NCBI GenBank assembly: GCA_012862495.1
Contig: BLSG01000056.1
Span: forward strand, 66,745-104,923
Direction: 5' to 3'
Length of the DNA stretch: 38,179 nucleotides
Source: Thraustochytrium aureum
Taxonomy: Eukaryota
This document shows, piece after piece, positions 30,306 to 38,179 of this stretch (positions within the stretch are counted from its first letter, which is position 1; the number at the start of each line of letters is the position of its first letter). A program made the position numbers and the translations under genes. The notes beneath the pieces are model-generated. The model was not told where the DNA came from and ran no database searches. It was given only the letters and a program-made list of their open reading frames with translations.

Positions 30306-32632
30306 CTACTCCGAACAAGAACCCCTTTTTCTACGCCTTCGCGCCGCTGGTGTCCACGTGCACTTTTCGATTGCTTCGCAAACGCGTTGGTTTGAAAGCT
30401 CTGCGCAAGTTCGAGCCCGGCAAACGTAGTCGNNNNNNNNNNNNNNNNNNNNNNNNNNNNNNNNNNNNNNNNNNNNNNNNNNNNNNNNNNNNNNNNNNNN
30501 NNNNNNNNNNNNNNNNNNNNNNNNNNNNNNNNNNNNNNNNNNNNNNNNNNNNNNNNNNNNNNNNNNNNNNNNNNNNNNNNNNNNNNNNNNNNNNNNNNNN
30601 NNNNNNNNNNNNNNNNNNNNNNNNNNNNNNNNNNNNNNNNNNNNNNNNNNNNNNNNNNNNNNNNNNNNNNNNNNNNNNNNNNNNAAGTTCGAGCCCGGCA
30701 AACGTAGTCGTCGCCTTTGCTACCGGTAATGCAAGCCGGGTTTCGTCTGCACAGTCGCGAGGTCTCGTACGTCTCACAAACGTGCGAAAACTTGGTTGTG
30801 GCAAACATGTCCGAGCAGCGCTCCTTCACTCGCATCCAGGACTGCCACAGGCAGCCTTTTTCGAGGCAGGCTGCCTCGTCTCTGCCATAATCGGAGCACG
30901 TCTTCGTCTCGCACTGGAAAGGCTTTGCTTTGCGATTGTACTTGCAGGTCTCGTCCCGGACGCAATCCGACTGACGCCTACTCAAACTGTTGCAGGGCTC
31001 GGGAAAGCACCGCAAGTCGTATTCGTCTTCCGTGGGACAAGTGGGCGAAGCGATTTCCATCTTGGCAGCGAGCAAGGCCTCGCCCGCTTCCGCTGTCCAA
31101 AGGTCTGTAGTCTCGAAGGGGTCCGAAGCGATATCGAACATCATGACTGGGCCCCGCGGGACGTTCTGCACGAGCTTGATCAGTTTGGAGGGCCACTGTG
31201 AAAGGTCAAAGTACGCGAAAGCGCAGCCCTTGTTCTCCACCCACGAGCGCGGGCACACCTTGCCGGGCGGGTGCTTGCCACCTTCCGTGAAACAGATTTG
31301 GGACAGGGTCCAGGGCCTCGTTGCGCTGCTGACGACGTTGTCGTTTTGGCTCCGCAAGAGCGCGTCAAGGGCCACTCCGCCCGCGTTCGGGATCTTGAAC
31401 GGATCAAGAACAGGGTCGTTTGCGCCGATTCCAGCTACCCGAGCCAGCGTCAGCGGGAGGTCGTACAGCATGAACGGGTACCGCGACACGGTCCCTGCCG
31501 GCACTGTCCCCGGCCACCAGGCGATGGTCGGCGAGCGGATACCGCCCTCAAACATGCGCCGTTTGATCCCTGCATGGCCACCAGCAGCGAGCAAGTCGCG
31601 GTCAGGGTCATAGTCTGGGTCCGCATACGCTTCTCGGTGCGGCCCGTTGTCCGACGCGAAGATGATCAGCGTGTTGGAGGCCAGGCCACCCTCCTCCAGC
31701 GCGACGACGAGCTGGCGGAGGTCCTCGTCAATCCAGTACGTCATCATCGCCATGAGGCCTCGAATCGCGTCCGTGTTGCGCCCTGGGGCCTCGGCGAGCG
31801 CCGCTTTCGTGTAGGCGCCGTAGGTTGGCACGGGGTGCGTTTTCTCGTCGCACGCCTGGTGCTTTTTCTTGTGCTCGTACAAGGACGAGTGCCCCGCCGG
31901 AGTCGCCCAGTACAGGAAGAATGGCGTGCTGCTGTCCTGTGAGCGAACATATTCGAGCGCTCGGTCCCGCATGGCCTGGTCGAAGTAGACGCATCGGTTC
32001 GTGTCCATACACATTTTTTGCGAGGCTTTGCGGTTTTGCGGAAACTCAACGACCTTGGACTTTGCATTCGCCGTGCAGGTCATCGCTGTCAGCGGAAAGG
32101 CATGACCCATGGCCTTGTGAGTTGCCTGCCCGAAGAACTTGTCAAACCCCTGCATGCATGGGCTACCTCGAGAGTCAGGCCCTGTGGCCATGCCCCACTT
32201 GCCCACGGCGAAAGTGTTGTACCCTGCGCTCTTGAGCGCTTTGGCAATGGTGCTCCGCCCTTCCTCGATGTCAAAGTCCACAGATTCGTCTTCGCCAAAC
32301 CCGTTGCCTCGCATGTAAGCTTGGCCAACCTGGATGCCCGTCATCAGCGAGTGCCTCGAGGGTCCGCACACCGACGAGCTTGCATAGCTGCGCAGGAATC
32401 GCTTGCCCTCGCGGGCGAGCCGCGTCAGCGTTGGCGTTCTGATTTTGCGCTGTTCAGGGATGGCTTGCAGCAGGGCCGGGTCATCCGCAAAGCTCCATTC
32501 GGGCGCGTCTTGGTTGATGGTGCCGACGCCCACGTCGTCTGCCAGGTAGAGTACGATGTTCGGCGCTCCTTGCGCGGTCGTTCCGAGCGCCGCCGCCGCT
32601 GCCCAGAGCGCAGCTGCCGCAGCTGCGCGCAT
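30306..32632 (-). CDS. Secreted formylglycine-dependent sulfatase, paralog B, with C-terminal short Cys-rich repeats
   Basis: Signal peptide MRAAAAAALWAAAAALGTTAQG; PNIVLYLADDVG; IRTPTLTRLAREG; FGly motif CGPSR (32354-32368); GKWG; ASDNGPH; GIKRRMFEGGIRSP. Stop at 30306 assumes the contigs flanking the 30433-30684 gap are joined. Confidence 0.92.
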
Positions 32633-33329
32633 CCTCCTCCTCCCCTGCCGCCCTTTNNNNNNNNNNNNNNNNNNNNNNNNNNNNNNNNNNNNNNNNNNNN
32701 NNNNNNNNNNNNNNNNNNNNNNNNNNNNNNNNNNNNNNNNNNNNNNNNNNNNNNNNNNNNNNNNNNNNNNNNNNNNNNNNNNNNNNNNNNNNNNNNNNNN
32801 NNNNNNNNNNNNNNNNNNNNNNNNNNNNNNNNNNNNNNNNNNNNNNNNNNNNNNNNNNNNNNNNNNNNNNNNNNNNNNNNNNNNNNNNNNNNNNNNNNNN
32901 NNNNNNNNNNNNNNNNNNNNNNNNNNNNNNNNNNNNNNNNNNNNNNNNNNNNNNNNNNNNNNNNNNNNNNNNNNNNNNNNNNNNNNNNNNNNNNNNNNNN
33001 NNNNNNNNNNNNNNNNNNNNNNNNNNNNNNNNNNNNNNNNNNNNNNNNNNNNNNNNNNNNNNNNNNNNNNNNNNNNNNNNNNNNNNNNNNNNNNNNNNNN
33101 NNNNNNNNNNNNNNNNNNNNNNNNNNNNNNNNNNNNNNNNNNNNNNNNNNNNNNNNNNNNNNNNNNNNNNNNNNNNNNNNNNNNNNNNNNNNNNNNNNNN
33201 NNNNNNNNNNNNNNNNNNNNNNNNNNNNNNNNNNNNNNNNNNNNNNNNNNNNNNNNNNNNNNNNNNNNNNNNNNNNNNNNNNNNNNNNNNNNNNNNNNNN
33301 NNNNNNNNNNNNNNNNNNNNNNNNNNNNN

Positions 33330-36300
33330 GTGGAAGAGCGGAAGAAGCACGCGCTCGAGCCGCACAAGGCGCTGCTGGACGCCGGCAAAAGGCAGCTGCG
33401 CGCCAGGGTGCAGGCCGCCAGGATGGAGGAGAGGTTCAAGGAGTCGGCCAAGGCATACGACGGCGTTACCAAGCTGTGCCTGGCCGACCAGGACGATGTG
33501 CAAGCGGTGATTCTCAGGCGGAGCGAGCAGTCGTGGGACATTGGCAAGCAGCTGCGCACGATGAAGACGACGGTGCGACGCGCTGCCGAGGGCAACAAGC
33601 AGTTCACCTCCACCCTCGCTGTCCTGGAGCAAAAGGTTCTGGACTTGAGGGAGATGACTGATGTGGTGGCCGAAACAGCAGCAGCGCAAGGCGACCAAGA
33701 CGAGGACGCCGCGCACCAGAAGGTCGTCGAGGAAATGGCCATGGCGCACGTACGGCGCAGCCAAGGGCGAAACCGGCTTCTGGCGGACTCAGAAGTGGAC
33801 GCCGAACTGGCCATGCTCCGCAGCGAGGAAGCCCACTCGGGGCTGTGCCCGATTTGCCAGGGCTTTTTCTTGCGCGAGTACTTGGAAGAGCACGTGCTAG
33901 AGTGCAAGCGCGCAAAGGACGCGCGCGCACAGGCAGTCGAGGTGCGCATGCAGCAAGAGCTCGCCCTAATCCAGCATGTGGACGCCACGAGCCAAAAGTA
34001 TGCCGAGATGGAGAAGGCCGCTCGGCGCAAGGCCGTGAATCAGCTGCAAACCGCCCTCGACGACAAGCGCAAGTCGTTCTTGGCGACGGTACAGACCTGC
34101 CCAGAATGCGGCAAGCAGGTGTTGGCGTCGCGCATCAGCAAGCACTTGGTCAAGTGCCAAGAGCAGCAGCGGATTCTCCTCAAAGTCCGCGAGCAGCAGG
34201 AGGAGATGAGCCGCAAGGCAGCACAGGACCGCGGCGTCCTCGAGGAGGCTGACAGGCTCGGCAAGATGGTGCCGATGGCGCCGCAAAACCTGCGGCTCGT
34301 GAACGTGACGTCGGACTCGATCGAGGTGCAGTGGGAGCCCCCAGTGTTCATGGGCGGGTACAACTTATTCGTGCACGACTACGTGATCGAGTACGCAGTC
34401 TGCACTAGGCACCGCGTGGGCAAGAAGGTGACCGAGGACGTCCGCGAGATGCCCCCAATGCCAACCTCGTCGTTTTGCAAGGTGCACCCGGTCGCGCCCT
34501 GCAGCTTTGTCCTCCACGGCCTCTGCGCCAACACCGAGTACGTGAATCTTCGCGTCCGAGCCCAAAACGCGGTGGGCTTGAGCGTTCCGTCAAACTCGAT
34601 TGACTCGATCACCACGGACAGCCTCGCCCCGCCGTCCCCGCCGATGCACTTCATGCTGGCAAGGGCGACAGCGAGCCAGCTCGCCTTTGTGTGGAGCGCC
34701 CCGACAAACCTTGGCGGAGCTCCCGATGGCCTAACCAGGTACGAAGTTTGCTATGCTCACTTCGTCCACAAGGGCCTCAACAAAGGCCGCGTCAGGGTGA
34801 CCGAGTCGGTCAACGTGCCTGCCAACGTGCAAAGCTTTCTCGTCGACGGCCTTGACCCGCACGAAACCATTTATGAAGTGAGCGTTCTCGCTGTTGTGGA
34901 GGGCTTTGTGCGTGGCGAGCGGGTCGTGATGCGGAGTGCGCCGTCAAACATGCTGCGCGAGGTCTCCACGCTCGAGCCCACGCGCGAAGAGCTCCTGCGC
35001 CGGGAGATCCGTCGCGTCTCGCTCATCAGCGACAAGGCTGTCGACTCGAAGGTGTATGCTGGGTTCGCGCAACGATACTCGCGAGTGGACTTGGTCAAGC
35101 GCCTCACGGTTGACCTGAGCAAGCTAGAAAAGCTCCGGCTCGAGCAGGCGCCAGCGAGCCTGAGCGGCGACAACCCGGCTGCCTCCGAGAGTGCTGCTCG
35201 CGAGGCCGATGAGCGGGCAGCCGCGCCGAGCGACGCGATCAGACAGGAAGAGCCGCTGCCGCTTCGCAAGCCGCGGTCTCGCGGGCGGCCGCCGGTCCTC
35301 GCGTCGCGGCGACGTGCGAGCGCGCGCGGCACCATAGTCGCGCAGACCGCGCATACAAGCGTCGCCCAGTTCGTTCCAGAGGAGCTCTTGGTGGGCTTGT
35401 TTGGCTATGACCGGCGCGACGCGGCGCGGCGCGAGTTAGCAAACACCAGCAAGCGCAAGCGCGACGCGGCGCGGGCCACCATGGTCGAAGCAAACGCGGT
35501 GCTCGGCACCGGCGAAGTTCCCCGTCGCCGCGCCCAGTTCAAGCACAGGATGGGGAGGCTGCGCGACCGTCTCGAGGCGCTCGAGGGCAAACGCGGCGAA
35601 CTCGTCATGCGAAGGAGCCTGCTGACCAAGGAGCTCGACCGCGACGAGCACCGCGTGACCTCACTGCTAGCAGAGTACGACCGGGTGTGTGCGCACAGCG
35701 GCGAGTTCATCGACAGCTCGGTAATGCACGGCAGAGTCCAGCGGTTCCTGACTTGGACCCTGCGCGATGCCCTCGCGGAAGAGCTTCGCGCGGCCAAAGC
35801 AAAGATCGCCTCGGGCAAGGCGGAGCAAGTTCGCATCCAGGCCACCCTTGTGCGACTCGCAAACGAGCACGAGTCAGTGACGCTTGCGCTGAAAGACCGC
35901 GAGGCGCGCTTGCTCGCGTTCGAAAAAGAGATTGCCAAGAAGGAGCAGGCCCTGGATAAAGTTCGCAATTGGCGGCTCAAGAAGGCCCTGGACGCTTTCC
36001 ACGCTTGGGTCGACTACACTGCCCACAACCGCTCGGTGCGCGCCTCTTCGGGCAAGTTTATCCGCCGCATGCAGAACCTGAGCGTGAACCGGGCCTGGCG
36101 CAAGTGGTGCATGCTCACGAGCGCGATGCAGTCGCGTGAAGCAAGCAAAAAGCACATTTCGGGTCTTGGCTCGTACATGCTTGCGCATGCGAGCGACGGG
36201 CGCCGCGGCCTGCACGATGAGGCGGCAGAACTGCTTTTTGCGCTCCGCACAGCTGCAGAGACGTTAGAAGACTCGAAGCGCACCTCGGCGCAGCAGCGCG

Positions 36301-38179
36301 CTCTGAAGGCAAGCCCGTTCTTCGAACCGGAGCGCGAGGCGCACAAGCGCTATGTGAGCGAGCACCCCGAAATATTCGCCCAGCCAACGCTGCTTCTCAA
36401 GCAGGGCAAGGCATACATGTCGATGCGCAAGTATGAAGCCGCCATGTCTTGCTTTGAAGAGCATGCGCGGCGGATCGTCGAGTCAGGAGCCGGGGCCGCG
36501 GCCGGCCTGGGCCAGAGCCGGAGCGCCGGTTCTGAAGAGACACCTGAGGACCGCGAGCAGCGCGAGCTCGCGGAGCTCGGGGACTGCTACTATGGAATGT
36601 CCCGCGCGCTGCAGGCCCTGGGCCGCATCGACAAGGCCATCGTGACATTCGAGCGCACACGCGGACTTGCCGTGGAAGGCAATTCGGAGCAATTGCAAGG
36701 CCTGGCTTTGCTGGGGATAGCGCAGTGCAACTCCGAAAGCGGGTTTTACAAGGCTGCTATCCAGTATGCGGACCGCGCAGTCGTTAAATTCGAGGACCTC
36801 AACGACGAGGTGAGCCTCGGAAAGGCGTTCCGCGAGCTTGCTCGGGCTTATGCTGGCATGTTCGACGAGGAGCGCAGCGCGGTCTTTGAGGCCAAGGCCG
36901 AGGCCGTGGAGCGGCAGACCGACCTGCGCCTGAAAGCGACCTTTGCTTCCATAGCAGCAGCCGAGCGCAAGATGGTGTCGCTCACAGCAGACCGGTCGAC
37001 CGAGGTCAAGCTGGAGGTCGTGTCGGCATTGGTTCCCGAGCTGCGCGCAAAGATTGAGGAGCGGCGCGTGGCGGCCGAGGCGGTTCTCAAAGAGTCGAAG
37101 CGGTGCCAGCGCGCAAACGAAATCGACAGCCAGAGACTCGAAGTGGTCAAGAAGCAGCTGGAGATGGTGCGCAAGTGCAAGAAGGAGGAGCTTGACTCGG
37201 ACCTCGTGCACGGCATCATGCAGCGATTCAAGGTGCAGCAGCTTCAGGCCAACCTAGAACAGGAGCTGGAGCGGCTCGGCACTGCGATAGAGAAGCGCTC
37301 CGCGGCCAAGGCGATCGCGGACACGCGCGCTAGGAACGCCAAGGACGACATGCGCGAGCTTGAGGAAACGCTTGCTGTGGAGCTGGGGCCGCTGATGCGC
37401 AAGGTTGTCATGGGCAAGCAGCGGCTGCGGTGCTGCGCGCTGAACCCCGCAAACCTCCGGAGTCGGGACGTGTCCGGTCTAGCAACGGGGGGCGTGGAGA
37501 AGATGGCCTGCTGTATGCGCGACTCTGTGTACGTGTTTGACCTGCGCGACGGTGCCCTGCTCGCAATATTGGACGGAGCGAGGACGAAACTCAGCGCGGA
37601 CTTTGACTTTGAGCGCGAGAGGGACCCCTCGCTTGCTATTCCTGGCCACTTTGGATGCATAACGAGCGTGTTCTACTCGGAGCACAACATCGTCACCGGC
37701 GGAGTGGACCGCATGGTCCGTGTGTGGTCTGACGGGCCGGACTTTCGGTGCAAGATGCTCCTACGCGGCCACACGGGGACGGTGTGGAGCTTGTTCGTCG
37801 ATGCGGACAAGGTGGTCTCCGGCTCCGCAGACCGCTCTGTGCGCGTCTGGACGCTCCGCTCAAAAAGGCGCCCTGGCAAGTGCGTCCGCATACTCAACGG
37901 CCTGCATCGTCGAAGCATCATGTGCCTCGATGTAGACGGCACGGCGCTTGCCACGGGCTCGCCCGACTGGGAGGTCAGAGTGTGGCCCAGTGCGCTCGAC
38001 TTTTCTTCGTCGCGAGTCGACCCCAAGGCCGGGATGAAGTCGTTTCGCGGGCACGACTGCCCAGTGAGCTGCGTTCGGATCTCGGCGAACGAGCTCATCA
38101 GCGGCGGCGAGGACGGCCGCGTCATCATCTGGGATATCGCCAACGGGACGGCACTCAACGTCTGCCTGGGCCACGCCTC
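33330..38179 (+). CDS. Large multidomain protein (>1600 aa, partial at both ends): coiled coil, two C2HC zinc fingers, two fibronectin type III domains, helical/coiled-coil region, TPR repeats, WD40 repeats
   Basis: Frame appears open from the gap to the window end, so it is missing from the ORF track. Motifs: CPICQGFFLREYLEEHVLEC; CPECGKQVLASRISKHLVKC; PMAPQNLRLVNVTSDSIEVQWEPP..LRVRAQNAVGLS; LGDCYYGMSRALQALGRIDKAIVTFE; GHTGTVWSLFVDADKVVSGSADRSVRVW; GHDCPVSCVRISANELISGGEDGRVIIWD. Confidence 0.88.
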   Translation, partial: MEERKKHALEPHKALLDAGKRQLRARVQAARMEERFKESAKAYDGVTKLCLADQDDVQAVILRRSEQSWDIGKQLRTMKTTVRRAAEGNKQFTSTLAVLEQKVLDLREMTDVVAETAAAQGDQDEDAAHQKVVEEMAMAHVRRSQGRNRLLADSEVDAELAMLRSEEAHSGLCPICQGFFLREYLEEHVLECKRAKDARAQAVEVRMQQELALIQHVDATSQKYAEMEKAARRKAVNQLQTALDDKRKSFLATVQTCPECGKQVLASRISKHLVKCQEQQRILLKVREQQEEMSRKAAQDRGVLEEADRLGKMVPMAPQNLRLVNVTSDSIEVQWEPPVFMGGYNLFVHDYVIEYAVCTRHRVGKKVTEDVREMPPMPTSSFCKVHPVAPCSFVLHGLCANTEYVNLRVRAQNAVGLSVPSNSIDSITTDSLAPPSPPMHFMLARATASQLAFVWSAPTNLGGAPDGLTRYEVCYAHFVHKGLNKGRVRVTESVNVPANVQSFLVDGLDPHETIYEVSVLAVVEGFVRGERVVMRSAPSNMLREVSTLEPTREELLRREIRRVSLISDKAVDSKVYAGFAQRYSRVDLVKRLTVDLSKLEKLRLEQAPASLSGDNPAASESAAREADERAAAPSDAIRQEEPLPLRKPRSRGRPPVLASRRRASARGTIVAQTAHTSVAQFVPEELLVGLFGYDRRDAARRELANTSKRKRDAARATMVEANAVLGTGEVPRRRAQFKHRMGRLRDRLEALEGKRGELVMRRSLLTKELDRDEHRVTSLLAEYDRVCAHSGEFIDSSVMHGRVQRFLTWTLRDALAEELRAAKAKIASGKAEQVRIQATLVRLANEHESVTLALKDREARLLAFEKEIAKKEQALDKVRNWRLKKALDAFHAWVDYTAHNRSVRASSGKFIRRMQNLSVNRAWRKWCMLTSAMQSREASKKHISGLGSYMLAHASDGRRGLHDEAAELLFALRTAAETLEDSKRTSAQQRALKASPFFEPEREAHKRYVSEHPEIFAQPTLLLKQGKAYMSMRKYEAAMSCFEEHARRIVESGAGAAAGLGQSRSAGSEETPEDREQRELAELGDCYYGMSRALQALGRIDKAIVTFERTRGLAVEGNSEQLQGLALLGIAQCNSESGFYKAAIQYADRAVVKFEDLNDEVSLGKAFRELARAYAGMFDEERSAVFEAKAEAVERQTDLRLKATFASIAAAERKMVSLTADRSTEVKLEVVSALVPELRAKIEERRVAAEAVLKESKRCQRANEIDSQRLEVVKKQLEMVRKCKKEELDSDLVHGIMQRFKVQQLQANLEQELERLGTAIEKRSAAKAIADTRARNAKDDMRELEETLAVELGPLMRKVVMGKQRLRCCALNPANLRSRDVSGLATGGVEKMACCMRDSVYVFDLRDGALLAILDGARTKLSADFDFERERDPSLAIPGHFGCITSVFYSEHNIVTGGVDRMVRVWSDGPDFRCKMLLRGHTGTVWSLFVDADKVVSGSADRSVRVWTLRSKRRPGKCVRILNGLHRRSIMCLDVDGTALATGSPDWEVRVWPSALDFSSSRVDPKAGMKSFRGHDCPVSCVRISANELISGGEDGRVIIWDIANGTALNVCLGHA

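Noticed and set aside
5828..32632. A sulfur-metabolism gene cluster (tRNA-Cys, NFU1, two sulfatases)
   Set aside because: The tRNA is 20 kb away with unrelated genes in between; only the shared NFU1/sulfatase promoter is kept as a finding.
30236..34030. 1264-aa ORF in the track
   Set aside because: Artefact of reading through N-gaps: its first part is antisense to the ZnF-FN3-WD40 gene, and the real sulfatase starts at ATG 32632.
34871..38174. Many minus-strand ORFs across the final 3 kb
   Set aside because: Antisense shadows of the long plus-strand gene.

Overview
GC-rich, gene-dense, apparently intron-poor eukaryotic nuclear DNA from a draft scaffold. It has ten N-gaps: 1776-2766, 7287-7471, 12040-12275, 14395-15162, 18628-18930, 23474-23862, 24972-25573, 27811-28220, 30433-30684 and 32657-33329. 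Pro/Thr-rich 'APTxAP' stalk repeats, compact divergent promoters and tetranucleotide microsatellites suggest a heterotrophic stramenopile such as a labyrinthulomycete; this taxonomy is inference only. Genes in order: Myb/SANT protein, ABTB1-like ankyrin-BTB protein, tRNA-Cys(GCA) followed by a ~135-bp tandem duplication, an ~8-kb minus-strand kinase locus, a small Cys-rich ORF fragment, a DIX-like + ELMO-domain protein, DDX49/DBP8, a TM coiled-coil protein, an F-box/LRR protein, a small membrane protein fragment, NFU1, two convergent FGly-dependent sulfatase paralogs, and a >1600-aa ZnF-FN3-TPR-WD40 protein that runs off the window. Several genes carry 1-nt frameshifts at G/C runs, probably sequencing errors. 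Once these are repaired, the kinase locus reads as one receptor: mucin-like ectodomain, TM helix, non-RD TKL kinase, MAP2K-like pseudokinase and a second TKL kinase. This is the most unusual feature in the window. No CRISPR array, rRNA or convincing transposon was seen. All domain calls are from motif recognition by eye, not from database searches.
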